NCBI GenBank assembly: GCA_963668695.2
Contig: CAXXLQ010000004.1
Location: forward strand, 2,784,001-2,848,000
DNA: 64,000 nucleotides
Direction of reading: 5' to 3'
From: Vicinamibacteria bacterium
Lineage (GTDB): Bacteria; Acidobacteriota; Vicinamibacteria; Marinacidobacterales; Marinacidobacteraceae
Part shown: positions 36,301-48,118 of the stretch, piece by piece
Position numbering within the stretch: position 1 is the stretch's first letter
Layout of the letters: the number at the start of each line of letters is the position of its first letter
Notes under the pieces: generated by a model
Seen by the model: the letters and a program-made list of their open reading frames with translations, nothing else
Database searches by the model: none
What the model was told of the DNA's origin: nothing
Made by a program: the position numbers and the translations under genes

Positions 36301-39300
36301 GCCGACGCAGGACTTACTGGTCGAGGGTGACGAGACGATCTCGGTGAAGGGGACGGCGACGGGGCTGACGGTGACGGGTGCGTCGTTGACGCTGGAAGAC
36401 GATGAGACGGCCTCGACGGAGGTGACGCTATCGGTGAACCCGGCGAGCGTGGGAGAGGCGGACGGGCGACGGCGGTGGTGGTGACGGCAACGCTCCACGG
36501 CGCGGCGCGGGGATCGGCGACGGCGGTGACCGTCGCGGTGGGTTACACGGGGGACAGCGCGACGGAGGGGACGGACTACGCAGACGGTTTCGGACTTCAC
36601 GGTGACGATCGGTGCGGGTGCGACGAGCGGGACGGGGACGTTCACGTTGACGCCGACGCAGGACACGGTGGGCGAGGGTGACGAGGCGATTTCGGTCGAG
36701 GGGACGACGACGATCCCGGGCCTGGTGGTGACCGGTACGGCGTTGACGCTGACGGACGACGAGACGATTTCGACGGGGGTGACGCTGTCGGTGAACCCGA
36801 CGAGCGTGGGAGAGAGCGCGTCGGCGACGGCGGTGACGGTGACGGCAACGCTCCACGGCGCGGCGCGGGGATCGGCGACGGCGGTGACCGTCGCGGTGGG
36901 TTACACGGGGGACAGCGCGACGGAGGGGACGGACTACCAGACGGTTTCGGACTTCACGGTGACGATCGGTGCGGGTGCGCCGAGCGGGACGGGGACGTTC
37001 ACCTTGACGCCGACGCAGGACACGGTGGGCGAGGGTGACGAGGCGATTTCGGTCGAGGGGACGACGACGATCCCGGGCCTGGTGGTGACCGGTACGGCGT
37101 TGACGCTGACGGACGACGAGACGGTTTCGACGGCGGTGACGCTGTCGGTGAACCCGACGAGCGTGGGAGAGGCGGACGCGGCGACGGCGGTGGTGGTGAC
37201 GGCGGCGCTCCACGGCGCGGCGCGGGGATCGGCGACGGCGGTGACAGTCGCGGTGGGAGACACGGGGGACAGCGCGACGGAGGGGACGGACTACGCAGAC
37301 GGTGTCGGACTTCACGGTGACGATCGGGGCGGGCGCGACGAGCGGGACGGGGACGTTCACCTTGACGCCGACGCAGGACACGGTGGGCGAGGGTGACGAG
37401 ACGATCTCGGTCGAGGGGACGACGACGATCCCGGGCCTGGTGGTGACCGGTACGGCGTTGACGCTGACGGACAACGAGACGATTTCGACGGGGGTGACGC
37501 TGTCGGTGAACCCGACGAGCGTGGGAGAGGCGGACGGGGCGACGGCGGTGGTGGTGACGGCGGCGCTGGACGGTGCGGCGCGGGGATCGGCGACGGCGGT
37601 GACAGTCGCGGTGGGGGCCGGAACGGACAGTGCGACGGAGGGGACGGACTACGCCACGGTGTCGGACTTCACGGTGACGATCGGGGCGAACGCGACGAGC
37701 GGGACCGGGACGTTCACCTTGACGCCGACGCAGGACTTACTGGTCGAGGGTGACGAGACGATCTCGGTGAAGGGGACGGCGACGGGGCTGACGGTGACGG
37801 GTGCGTCGTTGACGCTGGAAGACGATGAGACGGCCTCCACGGGGTGACGCTGTCGGTGAACCCGACGAGCGTGGGAGAGGCGGACGGTGCGACGGCGGTG
37901 GTGGTGACGGCGGCGCTGGACGGCGCGGCGCTGGGCTCGGCGACGGCGGTGACAGTCGCGGTGGGAGACACGGGGGACAGTGCGACGGAGGGGACGGACT
38001 ACGCCACGGTGTCGAACTTCACGGTGACGATCGGGGCGAACGCGACGAGCGGGACCGGGACGTTCACCTTGACGCCGACGCAGGACTTACTGGTCGAGGG
38101 TGACGAGACGATCTCGGTGAAGGGGACGGCGACGGGGCTGACGGTGACGGGTGCGTCGTTGACGCTGGAAGACGATGAGACGGCCTCCACGGAGGTGACG
38201 CTGTCGGTGAACCCGACGAGCGTGGGAGAGGCGGACGGGGCGACGGCGGTGGTGGTGACGGCGGCGCTGGACGGTGCGGCGCGGGGCTCGGCGACGGCGG
38301 TGACAGTCGCGGTGGGAGACACGGGGGACAGTGCGACGGAGGGGACGGACTACCAGGCGGTGTCGAACTTCACGGTGACGATCGGGGCGAACGCGACGAG
38401 CGGGACCGGGACGTTCACCTTGACGCCGACGCAGGACTTACTGGTCGAGGGTGACGAGACGATCTCGGTGAAGGGGACGGCGACGGGGCTGACGGTGACG
38501 GGTGCGTCGTTGACGCTGGAAGACGATGAGACGGCCTCCACGGAGGTGACGCTGTCGGTGAACCCGACGAGCGTGGGAGAGGCGGACGGGGCGACGGCGG
38601 TGGTGGTGACGGCGGCGCTCCACGGCGCGGCGCGGGGATCGGCGACGGCGGTGACAGTCGCGGTGGGAGACACGGGGGACAGTGCGACGGAGGGGACGGA
38701 CTACGCCACGGTGTCGAACTTCACGGTGACGATCGGGGCGAACGCGACGAGCGGGACCGGGACGTTCACCTTGACGCCGACGCAGGACTTACTGGTCGAG
38801 GGTGACGAGACGATCTCGGTGAAGGGGACGGCGACGGGGCTGACGGTGACGGGTGCGTCGTTGACGCTGGAAGACGATGAGACGGCCTCCACGGGGGTGA
38901 CGCTGTCGGTGAACCCGACGAGCGTGGGAGAGGCGGACGGGGCGACGGCGGTGGTGGTGACGGCGGCGCTGCACGGCGCGGCGCGGGGATCGGCGACGGC
39001 GGTGACAGTCGCGGTGGGAGACACGGGGGACAGTGCGACGGAGGGGACGGACTACGCCACGGTGTCGAACTTCACGGTGACGATCGGGGCGAACGCGACG
39101 AGCGGGACCGGGACGTTCACCTTGACGCCGACGCAGGACTTACTGGTCGAGGGTGACGAGACGATCTCGGTGAAGGGGACGGCGACGGGGCTGACGGTGA
39201 CGGGTGCGTCGTTGACGCTGGAAGACGATGAGACGGCCTCCACGGGGGTGACGCTGTCGGTGAACCCGACGAGCGTGGGAGAGGCGGACGGGGCGACGGC

Positions 39301-42300
39301 GGTGGTGGTGACGGCGGCGCTCCACGGCGCGGCGCGGGGATCGGCGACGGCGGTGACAGTCGCGGTGGGAGACACGGGGGACAGTGCGACGGAGGGGACG
39401 GACTACGCCACGGTGTCGAACTTCACGGTGACGATCGGGGCGAACGCGACGAGCGGGACCGGGACGTTCACCTTGACGCCGACGCAGGACTTACTGGTCG
39501 AGGGTGACGAGACGATCTCGGTGAAGGGGACGGCGACGGGGCTGACGGTGACGGGTGCGTCGTTGACGCTGGAAGACGATGAGACGGCCTCCACGGGGTG
39601 ACGCTGTCGGTGAACCCGACGAGCGTGGGAGAGGCGGACGGGGCGACGGCGGTGGTGGTGACGGCAACGCTCCACGCCGCGGCGCGGGGCTCGGCGACGG
39701 CGGTGACAGTCGCGGTGGGAGACACGGGGGACAGTGCGACGGAGGGGACGGACTACGCCACGGTTTCGAACTTCACGGTGACGATCGGGGCGAACGCGAC
39801 GAGCGGGACCGGGACGTTCACCTTGACGCCGACGCAGGACTTACTGGTCGAGGGCGACGAGACGATCTCGGTGAAGGGGACGGCGACGGGGCTGACGGTG
39901 ACGGGTGCGTCGTTGACGCTGGAAGACGAGGAGACGGCCTCCACGGGGGTGACGCTGTCGGTGAACCCGACGAGCGTGGGAGAGGCGGACGGGGCGACGG
40001 CGGTGGTGGTGACGGCGGCGCTGCACGGGGGCGCCCGGGGGGAGGCGACGGCGGTGACGGTCGCGGTGGGCGACGGGGGGACAGTGCGACGGAGGGGACG
40101 GACTACGCCACGGTGTCGAACTTCACGGTGACGATCGGGGCGAACGCGACGAGCGGGACCGGGACGTTCACCTTGACGCCGACGCAGGACTTACTGGTCG
40201 AGGGTGACGAGACGATCTCGGTGAAGGGGACGGCGACGGGGCTGACGGTGACGGGTGCGTCGTTGACGCTGACGGACGACGAGACGGTTTCGACGGGGTT
40301 GACGCTGTCGGTGAACCCGGCGAGCGTGGGAGAGGCGGACGGGGCGACGGCGGTGGTGGTGACGGCGGCGCTGCACGGGGGCGCCCGGGGGGAGGCGACG
40401 GCGGTGACAGTCGCGGTGGGAGACACGGGGGACAGTGCGACGGAGGGGACGGACTACGCCACGGTGTCGAACTTCACGGTGACGATCGGGGCGAACGCGA
40501 CGAGCGGGACCGGGACGTTCACCTTGACGCCGACGCAGGACTTACTGGTCGAGGGTGACGAGACGATCTCGGTGAAGGGGACGGCGACGGGGCTGACGGT
40601 GACGGGTGCGTCGTTGACGCTGGAAGACGATGAGACGGCCTCCACGGAGGTGACGCTGTCGGTGAACCCGACGAGCGTGGGAGAGGCGGACGGGGCGACG
40701 GCGGTGGTGGTGACGGCGGCGCTCCACGGCGCGGCGCGGGGATCGGCGACGGCGGTGACAGTCGCGGTGGGAGACACGGGGGACAGTGCGACGGAGGGGA
40801 CGGACTACGCCACGGTGTCGAACTTCACGGTGACGATCGGGGCGAACGCGACGAGCGGGACCGGGACGTTCACCTTGACGCCGACGCAGGACTTACTGGT
40901 CGAGGGTGACGAGACGATCTCGGTGAAGGGGACGGCGACGGGGCTGACGGTGACGGGTGCGTCGTTGACGCTGACGGACGACGAGACGGCCTCCACGGGG
41001 GTGACGCTGTCGGTGAACCCGACGAGCGTGGGAGAGGCGGACGGGGCGACGGCGGTGGTGGTGACGGCGGCGCTGCACGGGGGCGCCCGGGGGGAGGCGA
41101 CGGCGGTGACGGTCGCGGTGGGGGCCGGAACGGACAGTGCGACGGAGGGGACGGACTACGCCACGGTGTCGAACTTCACGGTGACGATCGGGGCGAACGC
41201 GACGAGCGGGACCGGGACGTTCACCTTGACGCCGACGCAGGACTTACTGGTCGAGGGTGACGAGACGATCTCGGTGAAGGGGACGGCGACGGGGCTGACG
41301 GTGACGGGTGCGTCGTTGACGCTGGAAGACGAGGAGACGGCCTCCACGGAGGTGACGCTGTCGGTGAACCCGACGAGCGTGGGAGAGGCGGACGGTGCGA
41401 CGGCGGTGGTGGTGACGGCGGCGCTGAACGGCGCGGCGCTGGGCTCGGCGACGGCGGTGACGGTCGTGGTGGGCGACGCGGCGGACAGCGCGGCGGAGGG
41501 GACGGACTACGCCACGGTGCCGGACTTCACGGTGACGATCGGTGCGAACGCGACGAGCGGGACGGGGACGTTCACGCTGACGCCGACGCAGGACCCGGCG
41601 AGCGAGGGGACGAGACGATCTCGGTGGAGGGAACGGCGACGGGGTTGACGGTGACGGGGGCGTCGTTGACGCTGACGGACGACGACACGGACGCCGCCTC
41701 GACGGGGGTGACGCTGTCGGTGGACCCGACGAGCGTGGGTGAAGAGGACTCGGCGACGGCGGTGGTGGTGACGGCGGCGCTGAACGGCGCGGCGCGGGGC
41801 TCGGCGACGGCGGTGACGGTCGTGGTGGGGGACACGGCGGACAGCGCGGCGGAGGGGACGGACTACGCCACGGTGCCGGACTTCACGGTGACGATCGGGG
41901 CGAACGCGACGAGCGGGACCGGGACATTCACCTTGACGCCGACGCAGGACACGGTGAGCGAGGGTGACGAGACGATCTCGGTGGAGGGAACGGCGACGGG
42001 GCTGACGGTGACGGGTGCGTCGTTGACGCTGGAAGACGATGAGACGGCCTCCACGGGGGTGACGCTGTCGGTGAACCCGACGAGCGTGGGAGAGGCGGAC
42101 TCGGCGACGGCGGTGGTGCTGACGGCGGCGCTGGGCGGGGGCGCCCGGGGGGAGGCGACGGCGGTGACGGTCGCGGTGGGAGAAGCGGGAGACAGTGCGA
42201 CGGAGGGGACGGACTACGCGACGGTTGCGGACTTCACGGTGACGATCGGGGCGAACGCGACGAGCGGGACGGGGACATTCACCTTGACGCCGACGCAGGA

Positions 42301-45300
42301 CACGGTGAGCGAGGGTGACGAGACGATCTCGGTGGAGGGAACGGCGACGGGGCTGACGGTGACGGGTGCGTCGTTGACGCTGGAAGACGATGAGACGGCC
42401 TCCACGGGGGTGACGCTGTCGGTGAACCCGACGAGCGTGGGAGAGGCGGACTCGGCGACGGCGGTGGTGCTGACGGCGGCGCTGGGCGGGGGCGCCCGGG
42501 GGGAGGCGACGGCGGTGACGGTCGCGGTGGGTGACGCGGGGGACAGTGCGACGGAGGGGACGGACTACGCTACGGTTTCGGACTTCACGGTGACGATCGG
42601 TGCGGGTGCGACGAGCGGGACGGGGACGTTCACCTTGACGCCGACGCAGGACTTACTGAGCGAGGGTGACGAGACGATCTCGGTGAAGGGGACGGCGACG
42701 GGGCTGACGGTGACGGGTGCGTCGTTGACGCTGGAAGACGAGGAAACGGCCGCCGCCACGACGGCGGTGACGCTTTCGGTGAACCCACGATCGGTCTCCG
42801 AGGGCGCCGGCCCAACGATGATTGCGGTGACGGGGACGCTGGGCGAGCCCTCGGCGGAGTCGAACATGGTATTAATCATGGTTTCGGGAGGCACGGCGAG
42901 GGCGGGGCCGGACTTCGTTCCGGTGGATCCGTTCCCCCTCATGATCCCCGCGGGTTCCACCAGCGGGATGGCAACATTCACGCTGACGCCGGTAGAAGAG
43001 GCAGCGGTGGAGCCCGACGAGACCGTTGTGATCGACGGGGACGCGGTGGACACTGTCGTGGTGTCCACCGAGATGAGGATCCTGGACAACGACAGCGCGG
43101 ACGCTCCGGCCGAAGTCCTGCCCGAAATTCGGATCTCCGACGCGGCGGCGGACGAGGCTTCGGGTGCGATCAATTTTCGGCTGAGCCTCAGCGCGTCGGT
43201 GCCCCGGACGGTGATCGTCGCCTGGGCGACGGACCCCCGGACCGCGCGGGAAGGACACGACTACATCCGCATCGCCGATACCGTGACCTTCCCTCCCGGA
43301 GTCACTGGCGCCACGATCACTGTCCGGCTGCTGGACGACCGATTGGACGAGATCGACGAGACCTTCCAGGTGCTCCTGTACGGTGCGTCCGGCGCGACGA
43401 TTGCGGACGACATTGCGCTCGGGACCATCCGCGACGACGATGGTCCCGCACTGACGATCGAGGACGCCACCGCGCTCGAAACCGACGGCTTCATTTCCCT
43501 GAGGCTTGTCCTCTCCGATCCGAGTCCGCAGTTGGTAGTCGCCCGTTGGGGTACTTCAGCCCAGACCGCGACACCGGGCGCCGACTACACGGAGACCAGC
43601 GGCATCACGAGGATCAGTCCCGGCGCACTCAGCCAGACGATCGTGGTCGAAGTGCTGGATGACTACATATATGAAGGGGAGGAAAGCTTCGTTGTGAGCC
43701 TCACCGATGTCGACAACGCAATCCCGCAGGGACCCGGGACCGCGGTCATCGTCGACAACGAACTCCCACCCGGAATCCGGATCTTCGACCAGCGCGCCAC
43801 CGAGAGCTCCGGCGTACTGGCATTTCTGGTCGCGCTCGACCGGCCGAGTGAACTGCCGATCACCGTCGAGCGCACTACCGCCAGCCGCACGGCGACTGGT
43901 GACGTCGACTACGTAGAAGCCCTGCAGCTCATTGAGATCGCTCCGGGAGTTACGGAGGTGCGCTCCCGCGTGGAGTTGATCGAAGACCTCTTGAGTGAAG
44001 ACGACGAGACGTTCCTGGCCGTATTGATGTCCCCGACAAACGCCGTCGTCTCCGACGGGGAAGCGGTTGGGACGATCGAAGATGACGATCCCGATCCGGC
44101 GATGTCCGTTCTCGACAGCCGTGCGTCGGAAGAAGCAGGGCAGATCGTTTTCCGGATCGAGTTGGACGCGAGCAGCGGGCGGACCGTTACCGTGGACTGG
44201 AGCACCGCGCCGGGCACCGCCAAGCCCGGTAGCGACTACCGAGACGCCAGCGGCACCGTCGTTCTGCCGCCGGGCAAACGGGTCGGAGAAGTTCGCGTCG
44301 ATGTCATCAACGATCGTCGGGACGAACCGGACGAGACGTTCCAGTTGGTGCTCTCCGGAGCCGGGAACGCGGAGATCGCCAGAGGGACGGCTACCGGGAC
44401 GATCGATGACGACGATGATGCGGCACCGGTCCTCTCGGCATGGCTGTCGCGGTTCGGGAGGACAGTCACGACGCAGGTCGCGGAGGCAGTCGGCGGACGA
44501 TTAAATGCGCCGTTCGGCGGATCGGCCAACATGCATCTCGGGCTGCAGCCGATGTATGGCTCGGGCGTCGCTATCCGGCCCGACCTCCATGGCGTTGGGA
44601 CGCGAAGCCGATCCGCGGCGAGCTATGGGTTCGAGTCCGTCAGCACGTTCGACCTGCTGTCGCGGAGTTCCTTCTTCCTGCCTCTCGCGACAAGGAGCGG
44701 CCAGGAGCCGTTCGGGTGGACGGTGTGGGGACGAGGGTCGCTGATGCGCTTTTCGGGCGCCGACGCCCCGGTTTCGGTCAGCGGGGACGTTCTGACAGGG
44801 CTCCTTGGACTGGACTACCGCCGGGGCCGTACGGTCGCGGGAGTGGCCGTCGCGCACAGTCGGGGGCAGGGCAATTTCGAGCAACTCGGCATGGCACGGT
44901 CCAGTGCGCGCGCCGGAACAATGCGGAGTTCCTTGACGAGTGTGAATCCCTATCTGGGAATCTCGTTGACTGATCGTGTCCGGTTCTGGGGCATGTTCGG
45001 AACCGGGGTCGGCGAGATGCAGGTGGACGGGGACTGGAATACCAGCGACCTCGGCATGCGCGCCGGCGTGTTGGGGATGCGCGGGGTGATTCTGGAGCCA
45101 ACGGATCCTTCCGGCCTTCGGCTCGCTGTCGAAACGGATGCGTTCGTGACGAAAGTGGATTCCACCGACGACCTGCGGCCGCGGCTTATCGAAGCCGACG
45201 CGAGCCGGGCACGCGTGCGACTCGAGGCCGCCCGCCGTTCCGGCTTTTCGGGGGGTGGGGCACTCACGCCGCGGGTGGAGGTGGCAGCGCGCTACGACGG

Positions 45301-45814
45301 TGGTGACGCCGAGACCGGGGCCGGACTCGAAATGGCTTCCGGGGTCGCGTTTGAGCACCCGGGATGGCGGCTGATGGCGGACTGGTCTGGCCGGATGTTG
45401 ATCCTCCACCAGGACGCGGAGTATCGCGAGTGGGGAATGTCCGGCGTGATTCAGATCCAGCCTTCACTTACCGGGGAGGGCTTGCAGGGCAGTGTCCGGA
45501 CCGGCTACGGCGCTCAGGCGAACGGAACGGGCCAATTGTTCTCGCCCTTGGGCAACGTGTTTGACACCCCGCTTCAGGCGCCAATCGGACGCCACTGGGA
45601 TTCCGAAATGGGCTACGGGTTCCTTGTGTTGCGGGACGCGCTGCTCGTTCCCTACGCGGGAGTTGCATCGCGCTCGAAGGAATTCCCATCGTTCCGCTTC
45701 GGGTTCCGGGTGGACGTCGGCACCGCCCTCAATCTCGATCTCGAATTGAACCGCCGGCAGGCCACCGACGAACGCGGGGTGTACGGGTTGTTCCTGCGCG
45801 CCTTGGTTCGCTAG
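12306..45814 (+). CDS. Giant Calx-beta/Ig-like repeat surface protein with autotransporter-like C-terminal beta-domain (~11,100 aa; frameshifted in this assembly)
   Basis: Signal-like RRGTILLLAGLAVLRSVAAPA, a SwmB-like domain, many Calx-beta domains (T.DGTA..G.DY...SGTLTF...D...E.DETF), ~70 tandem 117-aa units and more Calx-beta domains. It ends AWLSRFGRTV...RYDGGDAETGAGLE...LFLRALVR. The ORF fragments from 12306 to 41624 join through single-base indels. The exact start is uncertain (TTG 12306 or GTG 12345). Confidence 0.85.
18070..43095 (+). repeat. Tandem array of ~351-bp coding repeats (about 70 units)
   Basis: Unit VTLSVNPASVGEADGATAVVVTAAL.G.ARGSATAVTVAVGDTGDSATEGTDYATVSDFTVTIGANATSGTGTFTLTPTQDLLVEGDETISVKGTATGLTVTGASLTLTDDET. 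The 351-nt period is visible in the spacing of the antisense ORFs (25362, 25713, 26064...). Boundaries are approximate. Confidence 0.95.
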
Positions 45815-45852
45815 CCAGCCTCGCACTTGGAGGCTGGCGCTTTCTCTCTCTT
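45814..45852 (+). terminator. Rho-independent terminator
   Basis: GCCAGCCTC-GCACTTG-GAGGCTGGC hairpin followed by GCTTTCTCTCTCTT immediately after the stop codon. Confidence 0.65.
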
Positions 45853-46174
45853 GTCCCGCTGACGAATCGGCGAGGCTCCCGGCGATCGGGTTCCGGACCC
45901 CGGGAAACGCGGATCTCCCCATCCCGGCTTTCCCGGCGACGGCTCTCCGGGGGACGCCGATGCGTTCCACACGCGCTGGTGGCGCGACGAAACGCCCCGG
46001 GATTCCTCGGGGAACTCGGCCGGAACGGCGTACGCGGGCGCCGCCGTTCGCCGCCGGGCGCGAACCGGTGGCGTGGCGCCGATTGCTCGCCACGCTGGGG
46101 TGATCTCCGTGTCGAGGAATCCCGGTCCGGCCGCCGGGCAGCGGGCAGGGCTCCGGTCCGGCGGGTTGCCGGAG

Positions 46175-47644
46175 TCAGGGGATGAGAAAGATCTTTTCGT
46201 TCGGCGGCTGGAGCCACTCCACGCCCTTGCTCGTCACGATCTGAGGGTTCGAGAAGTTGATCGCCAGCGGAAACCCCGGTCTTTCCGGGATGTTCATGTG
46301 AAGCATGTATTCGAACGCAAAGATGTGATTCTCCTGGATCACGAGGTGGTGCCGGTCGGCCCGGAAATTGGCCATCGAGGGTCCGAGAGTGCTGGTTCCG
46401 ATGGAGCCGTGCGCGTGGTTGTCGATGGCGAAACCCGGTTGATCGGTGTCGCCGAGCGCCTCCTGGATGATCACGTAGTCGAGATTGCGGGCGCCGTCGG
46501 GCGTCCGCCCCATTCCCTGGATGCCTGAATTCACGAACGGCGTATACAGGTAGCCCGCCTCCTCCATGGCCGCGACCATGGCGTCCAGGGATTCCTTGGC
46601 CGTCATGCCGACCCTCATGTGGGGTCTCATGATCCACTGGCCGGCCACCGCGAAATCGAACAGCTTCTGGATGCTCTCGGGAGGCGCCGTCTCCCCTTCT
46701 CGCAGGATGTAGGCGTGGGTCTTGGTGTCGGTCCCGAATCCCAGGTAGTTGACGCCGACGTTGAAGGCGAAGAAATCCCCGCGCTGGAAGACGTAGTCGC
46801 CGTGCCAGATCCAGTAGCGGGCGTCCGGTGGATACGGCGGATCCTCCGAAACCGCGGTGTAGTAGAGGCGGATGCCACCCCGGCCCCAAGTGCTGAATCC
46901 GGCCAGGTGCCGCTTGTACGCCTCCTCCCGCGCCCAGGTGGTGATCTCCCGGATCGTCGTCCTCCCCGGCTCGATACGAGCGAGGGCCGCCTGGTGAAGC
47001 TGGCGGGCGGCCTCGAGGTTGTTGATCTGCTCGGCCACATCCCGGACCGTTCGTCTCACCGCGAAATCGGTGATGAGGTTCTCGGCGGAGACGATTCTCT
47101 CCGCGTACTTGGGTCCGAGAACCTTGATGAGTTTCAGGTACGAAGTGTGGGACAGCCCGTCGGCCTCGGCGAGCCACTCGGAGGTGTTCACGGCGATGGT
47201 TCCCGGATCCCTTTCGGCGACGAATTCGGTGAACTCGTCGTACACCTCGTCGCCATAGCCGAACGCCAGCTGGTAGCCGCGGCCGTAACTGGAGATGGTC
47301 CGGGCGAAAGCGTCGGAGCCGCGCACGTCGATGTCCTCGACGGCTCCCGCGCTCCCGAACGCGGCCCGCTCGATCCGGTCACCGAGGTCGGTGAAGACGA
47401 GGTAACCGTAGGTGTTTCCGAACCAGTGGGCCAGCGGGTCGGGATCGCCATGGCGCGTGACGTGGATCCACATGTCCACGTTGTTGTCGCGCATGGCGCC
47501 CGGCAGGATCAGGTCGAGCTTCTCTCGCCGGAGGAGGCGGAGAACCTCGCCCCCACTCGCCGAGGTGTGGACTCCGGGTTGGGCGCCTGCGAAGCTGGCC
47601 GCGAGCACCAACGGGATCAAGATGGCTGGGGTTCGAACGATCAT
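46175..47644 (-). CDS. Secreted M24-family (Xaa-Pro aminopeptidase-like) protein
   Basis: Signal peptide from ATG 47644, LRREKLDLILPGAMRDNNVDMWI, IEPGRTT, GDFFAFNVGVNYLGFGTDTKTHAYILREGET and FAFEY. Confidence 0.75.
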   Translation of the reverse strand: MIVRTPAILIPLVLAASFAGAQPGVHTSASGGEVLRLLRREKLDLILPGAMRDNNVDMWIHVTRHGDPDPLAHWFGNTYGYLVFTDLGDRIERAAFGSAGAVEDIDVRGSDAFARTISSYGRGYQLAFGYGDEVYDEFTEFVAERDPGTIAVNTSEWLAEADGLSHTSYLKLIKVLGPKYAERIVSAENLITDFAVRRTVRDVAEQINNLEAARQLHQAALARIEPGRTTIREITTWAREEAYKRHLAGFSTWGRGGIRLYYTAVSEDPPYPPDARYWIWHGDYVFQRGDFFAFNVGVNYLGFGTDTKTHAYILREGETAPPESIQKLFDFAVAGQWIMRPHMRVGMTAKESLDAMVAAMEEAGYLYTPFVNSGIQGMGRTPDGARNLDYVIIQEALGDTDQPGFAIDNHAHGSIGTSTLGPSMANFRADRHHLVIQENHIFAFEYMLHMNIPERPGFPLAINFSNPQIVTSKGVEWLQPPNEKIFLIP

Positions 47645-47916
47645 GGTCTGTCTCCTGCCGGCGGCCCGTGGAAGAGGTCGCGGAAGCACCGAGCCCGAAG
47701 CAAGAACTGGCCGGTGAGAGAACCAGATTACCGAAGTCTCGAACCGGGTAGGGTACCGGAGCGCGGGCTTCCGGGTGTTTGGGAGCAGGGGAGCAGTCCC
47801 CCGACGGGCGGGCGTCGCGCCGAAGAGAGCCGTCGAGTGCCGCTCGGCGGGTGGTCAGCAATGCGCGGTTTCGCCCACCTTCAGCGAGCGACGCCGGCTG
47901 CGGAGACCAGCGATCT

Positions 47917-48111
47917 TGGACGGCTGTGCGCGCTCTACCCGGGCTGACGACGGGAGTTTCGCCCCGCTCTAGCGGAGCGATGCCGGTCTGAAGGCCGGCG
48001 TTCCTGGACGGTTGCGTGCGCTCTACGCGGGGTGGCGACGGGAGTTTCGCCCCGCTCTAGCGGGGCGATGCTGGCCAGTTCTCCCGGTGGGGGCCTGAAG
48101 ACCGGCGCTCC
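47917..48111. repeat. Two tandem copies of REP-like family B (second copy carries the 15-bp cassette)
   Basis: 47917-48004 and 48005-48111 share TGGACGG..GCGCTCTAC..GACGGGAGTTTCGCCCCGCTCTAGCGG.GCGATGC..TGAAG.CCGGCG.TCC and contain internal palindromes. Confidence 0.8.
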
Positions 48112-48118
48112 ACGCTCC

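Noticed and set aside
22406-41648. Cluster of many separate small adhesin genes, or a true pseudogene
   Set aside because: The fragments join through single-base indels at repeat-polymorphic or G-run sites and have no individual signal peptides; an assembly artefact is more likely.
20024-42405. Dozens of repeated minus-strand ORFs (MSPTATVTAVA..., MQRRRHHHRRR...)
   Set aside because: Antisense shadows of the adhesin repeat caused by its biased ACG/GTG/GCG codon use.
18070-43095. CRISPR array or non-coding satellite
   Set aside because: Units are ~351 bp, in frame and protein-coding, with no unique spacers and no cas genes.
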